Source: an uncultured Clostridium sp. (GTDB taxonomy: Bacteria; Bacillota; Clostridia; Clostridiales; Clostridiaceae). Taken from it: a DNA stretch of 64,000 nucleotides. Under the pieces are notes generated by a model, which saw only the letters and a program-made list of their open reading frames with translations, made no database searches and had not been told where the DNA came from. Positions 41,682 to 53,164 of this stretch are shown one piece after another. Within the stretch, counting starts at the first letter, position 1, and each line of letters starts with the position of its first letter. A program made the translations under genes and the position numbers. The DNA lies in assembly GCF_947072515.1 (NCBI RefSeq), contig NZ_CAMTIG010000007.1, positions 106 to 64,105 on the forward strand, written 5' to 3'.

Positions 41682-42926
41682 TTATTTAGTTCCAATTTCT
41701 ATTGTATTTTTCGCTTTAATTAACATATCATTTTTTCTAAGAGGTGTATCTACCTTTGCTGTAAATACCATATGTGCTCTATTAGCTACATCTGTTTTAA
41801 CCTTCTTATCCGCATCAAACATCTCTTGTAATTGAACTGTAAAGTTTGGTGTATAAGCTCTTAAAACATCTACTATATCCCCTTCAAATACTCTATTCTT
41901 CTGCATTATAGTAGCTACTTTAGTTTCTTCATTATATTCTTTAACTATACCAACTATATCGTAATCTCTTATATAAGAAGATTCATCATAATTTTGTTCA
42001 CCCATTTTTCCAAAATAAAAACCTGAATGATATGGTCTATGACTTACTTTTAAAAGAATATCCATCCATTCTTGTTTAAATCTATATCCTTCTGGATTTT
42101 CAAAATAACTATCAATTGCTTCTCTATATGCTTTAACTACTGATGCTACATAGAATTCACTTTTCATTCTACCTTCTATTTTAAATGAATCTATTCCACT
42201 TTGTATAAGTTCTGGCATATGTTTTATCATACAAAGATCTTTTGCATTCATTATGTAAGTTCCTTGATCATCTTCAACTACAGGATAATATTCATTTGGT
42301 CTTGTTTCCTCAACTAAATAATATTTATATCTACAAATATTTGCACAAGTTCCCTTATTAGCATCTCTTCCTATAAGATAGTTTGAAATTAAACATCTTC
42401 CTGAGTATGCCATACACATAGATCCATGTATAAATGTTTCTATTTCACATTTAGCTGGTAAGTGCTCTTTAAATCCTTTAATTTCATTTAAAGTCATTTC
42501 TCTCGCTAAAACTATTCTTGTACAACCTTGATCATACCAGAATTTAGCTGTTCTCCAGTTTACAACATTCGCTTGAGTACTTACATGCACTTCTAAATTC
42601 GGTGCAACTTCTCTAGCTATTGCAATTATTCCTGGATCACCAACTATAATTGCATCAATACCTGATTTTTCTATTTCTTTTATATAATCTTCAATTCCAT
42701 TAAAATCGAAGTTACGAGGGAATACATTCATAACTAAGTAAATCTTTCTTCCTCTATCATGACAATACTTAACACCCTCATATATTTCTTCATTCGTAAA
42801 ATTCCCAGCAAAAGCTCTTAAATTTAATTTACTTCCACCTATATATACAGCATCTGCGCCAAAATCAACAGCTATTTTAAGCTTCTCTAGATTTCCTGCC
42901 GGTGCTAAAACTTCTGGTTTTCTCAT
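41682..42926 (-). CDS. U32-family protein (TrhP-like tRNA hydroxylase)
   Basis: PEVLAPAG, GADAVYIGG, H.STQAN, FIHGSMCMAYSGRCLIS, N.G.CAN.CR, KIEGRMKS. Confidence 0.9.
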   Translation of the reverse strand: MRKPEVLAPAGNLEKLKIAVDFGADAVYIGGSKLNLRAFAGNFTNEEIYEGVKYCHDRGRKIYLVMNVFPRNFDFNGIEDYIKEIEKSGIDAIIVGDPGIIAIAREVAPNLEVHVSTQANVVNWRTAKFWYDQGCTRIVLAREMTLNEIKGFKEHLPAKCEIETFIHGSMCMAYSGRCLISNYLIGRDANKGTCANICRYKYYLVEETRPNEYYPVVEDDQGTYIMNAKDLCMIKHMPELIQSGIDSFKIEGRMKSEFYVASVVKAYREAIDSYFENPEGYRFKQEWMDILLKVSHRPYHSGFYFGKMGEQNYDESSYIRDYDIVGIVKEYNEETKVATIMQKNRVFEGDIVDVLRAYTPNFTVQLQEMFDADKKVKTDVANRAHMVFTAKVDTPLRKNDMLIKAKNTIEIGTK

Positions 42927-42930
42927 AAGA

Positions 42931-43587
42931 TTACCTCCTTCTTGTTATTGCTATCCCATCTCCCATAGGTATTACAGATGTAACTAAAGTTTCATCTTCA
43001 TTTACCATTTCAAGATATGTTCTCATTCTTTTAACAATAGTGATTTTTCTTCTCTTAACTAATTCTTGAGATGGAACCATTCCTCTAAATAATACATTAT
43101 CCGCAATAATTATTCCATCTCTTTTTAAAAGTCTTAAGCAATGAGGTAAAAAATGATTATAGTGCCCTTTTCCTGCATCCATAAAGATTAAATCAAACTC
43201 TTCATCTAAGTTTTCTAATATTTCTAAACAATCACCTTCTAAAATTTGAATTTTCTCTTTCAAATCAAATTTTTCTATGTTTTGTTTAGCTAAAGAAATC
43301 ATTTCTTCGCTTCTTTCAATAGTCTTTATCTCTGGTTCAGTCTTTGAAGCTTCATACATTAATATAGAGGAATATCCTATTGCAGTTCCAAGTTCTAATA
43401 TTTTTAATGGTTTTGTAAGTCCTACCATAAACTCTAAAAACTTAGCTGTTTCTTTTTGAACAATTGGTACTCCATTTTCATGAGCAAAATCTTCTAGTTC
43501 TTTTGTCATTCCTGAGCTTTCACCAATTAATCCTCTTAAATATTTTTCCATATAATCATAAGTTATTCCACTCATATATACCTCCAA
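42931..43587 (-). CDS. O-methyltransferase (TrmR/YrrM-like)
   Basis: ILELGTAIGYS, FDLIFMDAGKGHY, DNVLFRG, PMGDG; adjacent to the U32 gene as in the B. subtilis yrrM-yrrO block. Confidence 0.9.
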   Translation of the reverse strand: MEVYMSGITYDYMEKYLRGLIGESSGMTKELEDFAHENGVPIVQKETAKFLEFMVGLTKPLKILELGTAIGYSSILMYEASKTEPEIKTIERSEEMISLAKQNIEKFDLKEKIQILEGDCLEILENLDEEFDLIFMDAGKGHYNHFLPHCLRLLKRDGIIIADNVLFRGMVPSQELVKRRKITIVKRMRTYLEMVNEDETLVTSVIPMGDGIAITRRR

Positions 43588-43602
43588 CTTTAGTAAACTT
43601 TA

Positions 43603-44625
43603 TTAGTTATTTTCTTTATTATATATTTCCTTTTGCTTTAAAAAAGCTTGATAAGAGTTAGTAAAGAAATGTTCATTAGGTCCATTTAATATATAATATA
43701 TATAATTTGTTTGTGCAGGGTCCATAGCAGCTTCTAAAGCTTCAATACCTGGACTACATATTGGTCCTACTGGTAATCCCTTATACTTATATGTATTATA
43801 TGGTGAATTTACCTCTAAATCTTTATAATAAACCTTATCTACATGCTTACCTAATGCATATATTACTGTTGCATCCATTTGAAGTGGCATGTTTTCTTTA
43901 ATTCTATTATCTATAACAGAAGATACATTTCTCATATCATTGAAAGTTTTGGCTTCCCCTTGAATAACTGATGCTTTAGTAACTATAGTATCAATTTCAT
44001 TCTCTGGAACCTTTACTCCTGTCTTTTGTTCTGCTAATGCAAATTCGCTTTGGAATGTATCAAGCATAGTTTTTATAACTTGGTCTGGTTGTTCTCCTCT
44101 TGCAAATTCATAAGTATTTGGGAATAAATATCCTTCTAGTGCATATCTTCTACCTTGAACATTTTTAACATAACTAGGTAATGGATATTTTTGTAAAGCG
44201 CTTATAAATTGTTCTTTTGAGAATAATCCAAGTTCTTGTAATGTATCTGCAATTTGTTCAACATTATATCCTTCTGGTATTACTACTTTTATAGTATTCT
44301 GCGTATTCAAGATATTCATAAATTGTGATAACGAAACATCATTTTTTATCGTATATTCACCTGGCGTTATTTTTGGTGTTAATCCTAATATTTTTACTGA
44401 TAATTTAGTTACAATTTCATTTTTTAAAATTCCTTGTGCCTTTAAATCATCTAGAACTCCATAAAAACCTTCTCCACCTTTAATTGTTATGTTAACATCC
44501 CCATTAGAATTAAATGGTTTTTTAATAATAGAATAAGTATATCCACCTACACTTGCTATTATTAGAACTATAACTATAACAATCCCAATTATTATCTTTT
44601 TAAGATGTGTTTTCAAGTATTCCAT
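43603..44625 (-). CDS. mltG: Endolytic transglycosylase MltG
   Basis: N-terminal TM, IPEG, LEGYLFPNTY, ASVIQGEA, LQMDATV.Y, SPYNTY...GLP.GPI.SPG. Confidence 0.93.
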   Translation of the reverse strand: MEYLKTHLKKIIIGIVIVIVLIIASVGGYTYSIIKKPFNSNGDVNITIKGGEGFYGVLDDLKAQGILKNEIVTKLSVKILGLTPKITPGEYTIKNDVSLSQFMNILNTQNTIKVVIPEGYNVEQIADTLQELGLFSKEQFISALQKYPLPSYVKNVQGRRYALEGYLFPNTYEFARGEQPDQVIKTMLDTFQSEFALAEQKTGVKVPENEIDTIVTKASVIQGEAKTFNDMRNVSSVIDNRIKENMPLQMDATVIYALGKHVDKVYYKDLEVNSPYNTYKYKGLPVGPICSPGIEALEAAMDPAQTNYIYYILNGPNEHFFTNSYQAFLKQKEIYNKENN

Positions 44626-44716
44626 AAAAACCCCCTGTATATAAAAGTAAATAGCCTATTTCAGGCTATTTACTATATTATAATACTTTATTTTAAGCAT
44701 ATAAAGATATTTTGAA

Positions 44717-46537
44717 TTACTTATTTCTGTTATTTCTCTTTCTTTGGTTAGGATCTAATTCAACTTTTCTCATTCTTATGCTTTTTGGAGTTACTTCAAC
44801 TAATTCATCACCATTGATAAATTCTAAAGCTTGCTCTAATGTCATTTCCATTGGTGGAACTAATTTTAAAGCATCATCTGCTCCTGAAGATCTTGTATTA
44901 GTAAGTTTCTTACCTTTACATACGTTTATATCTAAATCATCAGCTCTTCCACAAACTCCAACGATCATTCCTTGGTATACTGGTACTCCAGCTCCTATAA
45001 ATAATGATCCTCTTTCTTGTGCATTAAATAATCCATAAGTTATTGAATCACCTTGTTCAAATGATACTATTGATCCTCTACTTCTTCCTGGGATTTCTCC
45101 TTTATATGGTGCATATCCGTGGAATACGTGGTTCATTATACCATTTCCTTTAGTATCAGTCATAAATTCATTTCTGAATCCTATAAGTCCTCTAGCTGGT
45201 ACTACGAATTCTAATCTAGTATATCCGTTAACAGCTGATGTCATATTAACCATTTCACCTTTTCTTGGTCCCATTTTTTCCATTACAGGTCCCATGAATT
45301 CTTCTGGTACGTCAATAGTTAAGTATTCCATTGGTTCCATTTTCTTTCCGTTTTCTTCTTTGAATATAACGTTAGCTTTTGATACTTGTAATTCAAAACC
45401 TTCTCTTCTCATAGTTTCTATAAGAACTGATAAGTGTAATTCTCCTCTTCCTGATACTTCAAAGCAATCAGGAGTTATTTCTTTTACTCTTAAGCTTACG
45501 TTAGTTTCAAGTTCTTTCATTAATCTGTCTCTTAAATGTCTTGAAGTTATGAAATCTCCTTCTTGACCTGCATATGGTGAATCATTAACCATAAAGTTCA
45601 TGCTTAATGTTGGTTCATCAATTTCAACAAATGGAAGAGCTTCTGGATTTTGAGTATCTGCAATAGTTTCTCCAATATTTGAATCTAAAACACCTGCTAA
45701 AGCAACGATGTCTCCCATTCCAGCTTCTTCTGTTTCAACTCTCTTTAATCCATCATATACGAATAAAGCACTTACTCTATAATTTGAACTTGTTCCATCT
45801 TTTCTTAAAAGTGTAACTTGTTGATTCTTCTTAACTTTTCCTCTGTGGATTCTTCCAAGAGAAATTCTTCCTACATATTCATTTGAATCTAATGTAGTAA
45901 CAAGCATTTGAAGTGGCTCATCCATATATCCTTCTGGACAATCAACTTTTTCTAAGATAGTTTCAAATAAAGGTGTCATATCTTCATTTGTATCTTCAAC
46001 GTTGTATCTTGCAAATCCATTTCTAGCTGATGCATAAATGATTGCAAAATCTAATTGTTCATCAGTTGCTCCTAATTCTAGGAATAATTCAAATACCTCA
46101 TCTATAACAGCTTCTGGTCTAGCATCTGGCTTGTCAATTTTGTTTATAACAACTATTGGCTTAAGTCCTAATTCTAATGCTTTCTTTAAAACGAATTTAG
46201 TTTGTGGCATTGGTCCTTCATAAGAATCTACTACTAGTAATACTGAATCTACCATTTTAAGTACACGTTCAACTTCTCCTCCGAAGTCAGCATGTCCTGG
46301 AGTATCAACAATATTTATTTTTACATCATTGTATTTGATTGATGTATTTTTAGAAAGAATTGTTATTCCTCTTTCTTTTTCTAAGTCGTTTGAGTCCATT
46401 ACTCTCTCTTCAACCTTTTCATTTTCTCTAAACGTATGACTTTGTCTAAGTAATGCATCAACTAATGTAGTTTTACCGTGGTCAACGTGTGCAATAATAG
46501 CGATATTTCTTATATCTTCTCTTTTAATTAGTTCCAT
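44717..46537 (-). CDS. typA: Translational GTPase TypA/BipA
   Basis: [69 protein letters not shown]. Start ATG 46537 (GGAGG RBS). Confidence 0.98.
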   Translation of the reverse strand: MELIKREDIRNIAIIAHVDHGKTTLVDALLRQSHTFRENEKVEERVMDSNDLEKERGITILSKNTSIKYNDVKINIVDTPGHADFGGEVERVLKMVDSVLLVVDSYEGPMPQTKFVLKKALELGLKPIVVINKIDKPDARPEAVIDEVFELFLELGATDEQLDFAIIYASARNGFARYNVEDTNEDMTPLFETILEKVDCPEGYMDEPLQMLVTTLDSNEYVGRISLGRIHRGKVKKNQQVTLLRKDGTSSNYRVSALFVYDGLKRVETEEAGMGDIVALAGVLDSNIGETIADTQNPEALPFVEIDEPTLSMNFMVNDSPYAGQEGDFITSRHLRDRLMKELETNVSLRVKEITPDCFEVSGRGELHLSVLIETMRREGFELQVSKANVIFKEENGKKMEPMEYLTIDVPEEFMGPVMEKMGPRKGEMVNMTSAVNGYTRLEFVVPARGLIGFRNEFMTDTKGNGIMNHVFHGYAPYKGEIPGRSRGSIVSFEQGDSITYGLFNAQERGSLFIGAGVPVYQGMIVGVCGRADDLDINVCKGKKLTNTRSSGADDALKLVPPMEMTLEQALEFINGDELVEVTPKSIRMRKVELDPNQRKRNNRNK

Positions 46538-46607
46538 CTTTGTATCCTCCAAATTTTTAGTTTTACTCAATTTTTAAAATATATGTAAACCTATAACTTT
46601 TTTTTTC

Positions 46608-46642
46608 AAAAAGAAAATTGGATACAGAAGTACCCAATTTCT
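46608..46642 (-). terminator. Terminator hairpin between rnj and typA
   Basis: AATTGGGTAC-TTCT-GTATCCAATT followed by TTCTTTT. Confidence 0.75.
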
Positions 46643-46655
46643 AACACTAATTTAT

Positions 46656-46684
46656 ATTCTAATATTAACCTACTGAAAAGTCAA
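46656..46684 (-). promoter_or_regulatory. Putative sigmaA promoter upstream of typA
   Basis: TTGACT-17 nt-TAGAAT. Confidence 0.65.
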
Positions 46685-46717
46685 CATAAATAGATTTCTA
46701 AAATATCTTTATATTTT

Positions 46718-48385
46718 CTAAATTTCCATAATTATAGGTAATATCATAGGTTTTCTCTTAGTTTTCTCATATAAATAATTTCTAAGGTCATCTCGTATTC
46801 TTCCTTTAATTGTAGCCCAATCAGTTATTTTTCCTGCTTCACATTCGCTTAACACATTTTTAACAACTTCTCTTGCTTCATCCATTAATCCTTCAGATTC
46901 ACGTACGTATACGAATCCTCTTGAAATAATATCTGGTCCTGCTATAACAGAAGCACTTTCTCTATCTAATGTAACTACTACAGTTAATATTCCATCTTGA
47001 GATAAATGTTTTCTGTCTCTTAATACTATATGACCTACATCTCCTACTCCAAGTCCATCTACAAGGATTTGCCCTGAAGTAACAGTTCCATTTTTCTTTA
47101 TTAAGTTTCTAGTAACTTCTATTACGTCTCCAGTTTCTGGTAGTAAAAAGTTTCTTTCTCCTAGACCCATTTTAACAGCTAATTCAGCATGTTTCTTCAA
47201 GTGTCTATATTCTCCATGTACTGGGACAAAGAATTTTGGTCTTACAATTGTTTGCATAAGTTTTAACTCTTCTTGGCATGCGTGACCTGAAACGTGAACA
47301 TCTTGATCCGCTCCATAAATTACTTCTGCACCTTTTTTAGATAAAAGATTTACAACTCTAGCTACATGCTTCTCATTTCCTGGAATAGGTGTTGCTGAGA
47401 TAATTACTGTATCACCTTCAACAATATTAATTTTTCTATGCTCTGATGCAGCCATTCTAGAAAGGGCTGACATTGGCTCTCCTTGACTTCCAGTTGTTAT
47501 AAGAACTATTTGATCATTATTATACTTTGCTGTTTGATCAACTGTAATTAGCGTTTCTTTATTCATATGAAGATATCCAAGTTCAATTGCAACTTGAACA
47601 ATATTTTCCATACTTCTTCCTGAAACCGCTACTTTTTTACCATACATTTCAGCTGCTGTTATTATTTGCTGTACACGGTGAATATTCGATGCAAATGTTG
47701 CAACTATTATTCTTCCCTTTGCTTTTGCAAATAATCTTTGAAGTGTTTCCCCAACTATACTTTCTGATCTAGTATATCCTGGTTTCCCAACATTAGTTGA
47801 GTCTGCCATCATTACAAGAACACCTTTTCTTCCTAGTTCGGCAAGTCTTGCAAAGTCAGTTCTACCTCCATCAATTGGTGTATGATCAATTTTAAAATCT
47901 CCTGTATGGAGAACAACTCCAAGTGGAGTGTGTATAGCAATTGCTACTGAGTCTGCTATTGAATGTGTTGTTTTTATAAATTCAACAGTAACATTTTGAA
48001 GTTTTACCTTATCTTTAGGTTTAACTCTTATAAGTTCGGTAGTTGTTAATAATCCGTGCTCTCTAAGCTTCGTTTCAACTATCCCGAGTGTAAGTTTTGT
48101 TCCATAGATAGGCACATTTAACTGTTTTAAGAAATAAGGTAATGCACCTATATGATCTTCGTGTCCGTGTGTTAAAAATATTCCTCTTATTTTATCTTGT
48201 TTCTTAATTAAGTATGATATATCAGGTATTACTATATCAACACCATACATATCAACATCTGGAAACTTTAATCCACAGTCAACTATTACAATATCTTCTT
48301 TGTATTCTATAACTGTCATATTTTTTCCGATTTCATCAATTCCACCTAAAGGAATAATTTTAACCTTAGCTCTTTCCGCTTTCAT
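46718..48385 (-). CDS. rnj: Ribonuclease J
   Basis: IIPLGG..EIGKN, THGHEDHIG, HSIAD, TGDFK, ASNIHR, GSQGEP, HVSGHA, PVHGEYRH. Confidence 0.97.
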   Translation of the reverse strand: MKAERAKVKIIPLGGIDEIGKNMTVIEYKEDIVIVDCGLKFPDVDMYGVDIVIPDISYLIKKQDKIRGIFLTHGHEDHIGALPYFLKQLNVPIYGTKLTLGIVETKLREHGLLTTTELIRVKPKDKVKLQNVTVEFIKTTHSIADSVAIAIHTPLGVVLHTGDFKIDHTPIDGGRTDFARLAELGRKGVLVMMADSTNVGKPGYTRSESIVGETLQRLFAKAKGRIIVATFASNIHRVQQIITAAEMYGKKVAVSGRSMENIVQVAIELGYLHMNKETLITVDQTAKYNNDQIVLITTGSQGEPMSALSRMAASEHRKINIVEGDTVIISATPIPGNEKHVARVVNLLSKKGAEVIYGADQDVHVSGHACQEELKLMQTIVRPKFFVPVHGEYRHLKKHAELAVKMGLGERNFLLPETGDVIEVTRNLIKKNGTVTSGQILVDGLGVGDVGHIVLRDRKHLSQDGILTVVVTLDRESASVIAGPDIISRGFVYVRESEGLMDEAREVVKNVLSECEAGKITDWATIKGRIRDDLRNYLYEKTKRKPMILPIIMEI

Positions 48386-48445
48386 ACTTCCCCTCCTTTT
48401 TAATTTTTATAAACAAAGGATTTCATCTTACCGTAAGATTTTCCT

Positions 48446-48913
48446 TTAATTATCTTTTCTTTGACATTCACTACAAATTCCATAAAACTTTAAGCTATGG
48501 TCTTTGATTTTAAATTTATATTTATTCTCAACTCTTTCTTCAAGTTGATCTAATAAATCTTCTTCAACTTCGAATACTTTATTGCATTCGTTACAAATTA
48601 AATGATGGTGTCTGTGTTCTTCATCTTCATGAACTATTTCATATCTACTACATCCATCACTTAAGTCCAGTCTAGACAAAAGTCTAATATCCTCTAATAG
48701 GATGACCGTTCTATATACAGTTGCAAGTCCTATTTCAGGGCAATCTTTCTTCACCTCATCATAAATTTCCTCAGCAGTCATATGTTTGCCTTCATTTTTT
48801 ATGATAGTATCAACAATTGCTCTTCTTTGAGGCGTTAACTTATATCCTTTTTCTTTTAAATTCTCTTTTAACTCTTGCATATCAACTGAGACATTATTTT
48901 TCATGGACAACAC
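48446..48913 (-). CDS. Fur-family transcriptional regulator
   Basis: LTPQRRAI, AEEIY, IGLATVYR, HHHLIC.EC, G.CSEC. Confidence 0.93.
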   Translation of the reverse strand: MLSMKNNVSVDMQELKENLKEKGYKLTPQRRAIVDTIIKNEGKHMTAEEIYDEVKKDCPEIGLATVYRTVILLEDIRLLSRLDLSDGCSRYEIVHEDEEHRHHHLICNECNKVFEVEEDLLDQLEERVENKYKFKIKDHSLKFYGICSECQRKDN

Positions 48914-48930
48914 CTCTTTTAATATAAAAA

Positions 48931-49188
48931 TTATTCTTCATCTTGCATAAGTAATCCATATGCTTCTTCAACCATTGCAAATTCTGCTTCATTTTCAATA
49001 GTTACTAGTTCTTCATTTCCTTCTTCATCTTTAAGTACTTTAAAAACTACAGCTTCTTCTTCGCCATCTTTAATAGCTATAACATACTCAGTTTTTAAAT
49101 CTTCTATTTCTAAAAATGTTACGATTTCTAATTTTTCCTCATTTCCATTTTCATCAACTACTTCGATAAATTGTACATCATTTTGCAT
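48931..49188 (-). CDS. DUF1292-family acidic protein
   Basis: I..VDENG.E, EYVI, EF..V.EAY; conserved position after ruvX. Confidence 0.8.
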   Translation of the reverse strand: MQNDVQFIEVVDENGNEEKLEIVTFLEIEDLKTEYVIAIKDGEEEAVVFKVLKDEEGNEELVTIENEAEFAMVEEAYGLLMQDEE

Positions 49189-49206
49189 ATTTTTGCTCCT
49201 TTTTAC

Positions 49207-49236
49207 ATTTTAGTTTTTTTTATATAATATTGTCAA
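49207..49236 (-). promoter_or_regulatory. Putative sigmaA promoter for DUF1292-fur
   Basis: TTGACA-18 nt-TAAAAT. Confidence 0.55.
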
Positions 49237-49266
49237 TAATATTTTTTAAAAGTAAATTCTACTAAT

Positions 49267-49680
49267 CTATTTAGATATTCTATCTAAATAACCTTGTAAT
49301 ATATATGTTGCTGCTACTTTATCGACAATTTTTTTCCTTTTACTTCTTGAAAGATCCGCTTCAAGCATAGCTCTATGTGCTGCTACTGTAGTTAAACGTT
49401 CATCCCAATAAATTATTTCTAAGTCTGTAGCTTCTTCTATAAGTTTTGCAAACTCTTGTATTTTTTCTCCTGCAAAACCAATTGAACCATCCATATTTTT
49501 TGGTAATCCAATTACTATTTTTTCTACTTTATATTCATCACAAAATTTTTTAACTTCTAAAATATCTTGTGATTTTTTAACTCTTCTTATAGTTGTTATT
49601 CCTTGTGCTGTAAAACCTAAAGGATCTGAAATTGCTACCCCAACAGTCTTCTGCCCAACATCTAAACCTAGTATTCTCAT
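49267..49680 (-). CDS. ruvX: YqgF/RuvX pre-16S rRNA nuclease
   Basis: [48 protein letters not shown]. Confidence 0.96.
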   Translation of the reverse strand: MRILGLDVGQKTVGVAISDPLGFTAQGITTIRRVKKSQDILEVKKFCDEYKVEKIVIGLPKNMDGSIGFAGEKIQEFAKLIEEATDLEIIYWDERLTTVAAHRAMLEADLSRSKRKKIVDKVAATYILQGYLDRISK

Positions 49681-49794
49681 TTTCTCCTCCTATTTAAGCA
49701 TGTTTCTTAAACTTTTAATATTAAATATTTTTAAAATGAGCTTACTTTAATTCCATAGATTAAAAAATAAAAGTGCCCACAATAGGGCACTTTT

Positions 49795-50052
49795 TTATTT
49801 TATCTCTAAATAAGATTTTATAACTTCTTCAAGAATCTCATCTCTCTCAAGTTTTCTTACTAAAGCTCTTGCTCCATTGTAATTAGTAATGTAAGTAGGG
49901 TCTCCTGAAATAAGATAACCAACAAGCTGATTTATAGGATTATACCCTTTTTCATGAAGTGAGTTATATACTTCACTTAAGATTGCTTTTGTTAATGCCT
50001 CTTTATTCTTTAATAAATCGAATTGCATTGTGTGTTCTAAATTATTGTTCAT
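49795..50052 (-). CDS. ireB: IreB/ReoM (UPF0297) regulatory phosphoprotein
   Basis: [33 protein letters not shown]....[14 protein letters not shown]. Confidence 0.93.
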   Translation of the reverse strand: MNNNLEHTMQFDLLKNKEALTKAILSEVYNSLHEKGYNPINQLVGYLISGDPTYITNYNGARALVRKLERDEILEEVIKSYLEIK

Positions 50053-50193
50053 ACCTACTGCTGCTTAAAACAGCTTCACCCCCTCACCTATCATAAAGGA
50101 TATGATTAATACTATTTCTAGTATTTACAATTGTTTTTTCGTTTATACTTATTCTACAATATTAATTATACCTTATATTTTTTTAAAAGTACA

Positions 50194-52839
50194 CTACTTT
50201 ACTAAACTTTGAATTACATCAAATGCTTTTTCCACTGCTTCATTTATTTTTCCTGGATTTTTTCCTCCTGCTTGAGCCATGTCCGGTCTTCCGCCACCGC
50301 CACCGCCTACAACAGTTGCCACTTCCTTAATTATTTTTCCACAATGAATACCATTTCCTAATACATCTTTAGTTGACATAGCTACAAGATTAACCTTATC
50401 ATCTGTATTACTTAATAAAACAACTACACCTGATCCCATTTTATTTCTTATCTTATCACCTAAGTCTCTTAATGCATTTCCATCAACTTCTTCTAGAGCA
50501 TAAACAATAGTTTTAACTCCATTTACATCCTTTACTGATGCTAATATATCATCTTCTGCACCTGCTGTTAATTTTGATTTTAATTCTATAATTTCTTTAT
50601 CTTTATCCTTTATCTCTGATGCTTGCCCTTGGATTCTTGAAACTATATCTTTCTCACTACATTTTAATGTTGTGCAAGCTTCTTTTAAAGTTTTCTCTTT
50701 ATTCTCCATGTATTTTATTGCTTGGAATCCTGTAACTGCTTCAATTCTTCTCATTCCAGCTGCAACACCTGATTCAGAAACTATTTTAAATAATCCAATT
50801 TCTCCTGAATTACATATATGAGTTCCCCCACATAGTTCCACTGAGAAATCACCTACTTCAACAACTCTAACTTTATCGCCATATTTATCATCAAATAGAG
50901 CCATAGCACCTTTTTCTTTAGCTTCGTCCATAGTCATTTCATTCGTATCAACAGAGAATACATTCATTATTTTTTCATTTACTAAAGTTTCAACTTTTTG
51001 AATTTCTTCAAAAGTTAATCCTTGGAAATGAGTGAAGTCAAATCTTAATCTTTCTGAATCAACATACGATCCAGCTTGATTTACATGTTCTCCTAGCACT
51101 TCTTTTAATGCTTTGTGTAACATATGTGTAGCTGTATGATTTTTACCTATTTCCATTCTTCTTCTTACATCTATTTTTAAAATTGCTTTAGAGTTTACTT
51201 TTACAGTTCCTTCTTCTACTTTTACATAATGAATAGTTTTTCCACCAACATTTTTCTTAGTATCATATACTGAAACTTTAAAGCCTTCACCTTCTATAGT
51301 TCCTTTATCCCCTACTTGACCACCCATTTCTGCATAAAATGGTGTTCTATCAGCAACTATAAATCCTTTTTCACCTTTATTTAAGCTTTCTCTTACTTCC
51401 TCATCAGTTCCTAAGAAAATAATTTCAGCTTCTATTTCAGTATTTGTATATCCAACAAATTCTGTTTCCATTTCACCCGGAACACTATTTACCGGTGAAT
51501 CTTCTCCACCCATATATGTGAATTCGCCTCTTGCATTTCTTGCTCTTTCTCTTTGAGAATTCATTTCTTTATCAAAGGCTTCTCTATCTATACTCATTTC
51601 TTTTTCTTCTAAAATTTCTTCTGTTAATTCATATGGGAATCCGTAAGTATCATAAAGCTTAAATGCTTTTTCTCCACTTAATACTGTTTCTTTATTTGAA
51701 GTTAATTCATCTATATATCCGCTTAATATTCCCATTCCTGAATCAATTGTTTCATTGAATCTTTCTTCTTCAAGGGTAATTATTTTTTTAATATAATCAT
51801 TTTTAGAAATTAATTCATCATATTCTACTCCATAGTTATCAACTACTGATTGAACTACTTCATTTAAGAATATCTTTTTAATTCCTAGCACTCTACCATG
51901 TCTTGCAGCTCTTCTTAAAAGTCTTCTTAAAACATATCCTCTACCTTCATTGCTTGGTTGAACTCCATCACAAATCATCATAGTAACGCTTTTTACATGG
52001 TCAGTTATTATTCTAAGAGAAATATCTTTCTCAACATCTTCTCCATATTTTACACCTGAAAGTCTTGATACAGTTTCTAATATGTTTTTAACAGTATCTA
52101 TTTCAAATATATTATCTACACCTTGCATTATTGTTGCAATTCTTTCAAGTCCCATTCCTGTATCGATGTTAGGATTTGCTAATCTTTCATAATTACCTTT
52201 TCCATCTCCATCAAATTGAGTAAATACTAAATTCCAGAATTCTATAATTCTATCATTATCACTTTCACGTACAAATTCTTCTGCAGTTTTTACAACTCCC
52301 ATTTCTGGTTTTTTATCATAATGGATTTCTGTACATGGTCCACAAGGTCCTGCTCCATGTTCCCAAAAGTTATCTTCTTTACCTAATCTAAATATTCTAC
52401 TTGTATCTATATCTGTTGACTTTTTCCAAATTTCAAAAGCCTCATCGTCTTCTAAATATATAGTTACATAAAGTCTATCTTTTGGAATCTCTAATACTTT
52501 AGTTATAAGTTCCCATGCCCATGGAATAACTTCTTCTTTAAAATAATCTCCAAAAGAAAAGTTTCCTAACATTTCAAAGAAAGTACCATGTCTTGATGTC
52601 TTTCCTACATTTTCAATATCACCAGTTCTGATACACTTTTGGCATGTTGTTATTCTTTTTTTTGGTGGTTCTTGAAGTCCTGTAAAGTAAGGCTTCAATG
52701 GTGCCATCCCTGCATTTATTAATAATAAACTTTTATCATTTTTTGGTACTAAAGAAAAACTTTTAAGTCTTAAGTGATCTTTACTTTCAAAAAATTTTAA
52801 ATATGTTTCTCTTAAATCATTAGTTCCTGTAAATTTCAT
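50194..52839 (-). CDS. alaS: Alanine-tRNA ligase
   Basis: [50 protein letters not shown]...H zinc editing site, ELCGGTH, GGGGGRP. Confidence 0.99.
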   Translation of the reverse strand: MKFTGTNDLRETYLKFFESKDHLRLKSFSLVPKNDKSLLLINAGMAPLKPYFTGLQEPPKKRITTCQKCIRTGDIENVGKTSRHGTFFEMLGNFSFGDYFKEEVIPWAWELITKVLEIPKDRLYVTIYLEDDEAFEIWKKSTDIDTSRIFRLGKEDNFWEHGAGPCGPCTEIHYDKKPEMGVVKTAEEFVRESDNDRIIEFWNLVFTQFDGDGKGNYERLANPNIDTGMGLERIATIMQGVDNIFEIDTVKNILETVSRLSGVKYGEDVEKDISLRIITDHVKSVTMMICDGVQPSNEGRGYVLRRLLRRAARHGRVLGIKKIFLNEVVQSVVDNYGVEYDELISKNDYIKKIITLEEERFNETIDSGMGILSGYIDELTSNKETVLSGEKAFKLYDTYGFPYELTEEILEEKEMSIDREAFDKEMNSQRERARNARGEFTYMGGEDSPVNSVPGEMETEFVGYTNTEIEAEIIFLGTDEEVRESLNKGEKGFIVADRTPFYAEMGGQVGDKGTIEGEGFKVSVYDTKKNVGGKTIHYVKVEEGTVKVNSKAILKIDVRRRMEIGKNHTATHMLHKALKEVLGEHVNQAGSYVDSERLRFDFTHFQGLTFEEIQKVETLVNEKIMNVFSVDTNEMTMDEAKEKGAMALFDDKYGDKVRVVEVGDFSVELCGGTHICNSGEIGLFKIVSESGVAAGMRRIEAVTGFQAIKYMENKEKTLKEACTTLKCSEKDIVSRIQGQASEIKDKDKEIIELKSKLTAGAEDDILASVKDVNGVKTIVYALEEVDGNALRDLGDKIRNKMGSGVVVLLSNTDDKVNLVAMSTKDVLGNGIHCGKIIKEVATVVGGGGGGRPDMAQAGGKNPGKINEAVEKAFDVIQSLVK

Positions 52840-52894
52840 TTTTTTACCTCCATTTTTTAGAATTATAAAAATTTCTTCTATAATCTATGTATAT

Positions 52895-53105
52895 TAAAAA
52901 AAGTTCCCGTCACTTATGCCTAAAACACAAGGGACGAAAACATTAACTTCCGCGGTACCACCCTAATTATGTGAAAAATATCCACATCACTTTAAAGTAA
53001 TTAACTCATAGGTAGCTTCAATTTAATTAAATAAAAGTTTACACCAACCACTTTCTCTCTAAAAATTCTCATTAAATCTACTTTTCCTAATCATAGTCTC
53101 TTTTA
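52895..53105 (-). ncRNA. T-box riboswitch (Ala specifier) in the alaS leader
   Basis: AGAGA and GGTTGGTG stem I motifs; GAA-GCT specifier (GCU, Ala) at 53014-53016; T-box AATTAGGGTGGTACCGCG at 52951-52968; terminator TTCGTCCCTTGTG...CATAAGTGACGGGAAC plus U run. Confidence 0.93.
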
Positions 53106-53118
53106 TTAAACTAAGAAA

Positions 53119-53147
53119 ATTATATTTTATATATTCCTTTATGTCAA
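53119..53147 (-). promoter_or_regulatory. SigmaA promoter of the alaS leader
   Basis: Perfect TTGACA-17 nt-TATAAT. Confidence 0.88.
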
Positions 53148-53164
53148 TATTCTTCCTTTTTATT

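Noticed and set aside
43930-43990. MltG motif ASVIQGEA instead of ASIIEKE
   Set aside because: The second Glu, which is the catalytic one, is retained, so this is not evidence of inactivation.
49213-49245. Possible Fur/PerR box upstream of DUF1292-fur
   Set aside because: Does not fit the 7-1-7 TGATAAT-N-ATTATCA or PerR patterns beyond AT-rich chance.
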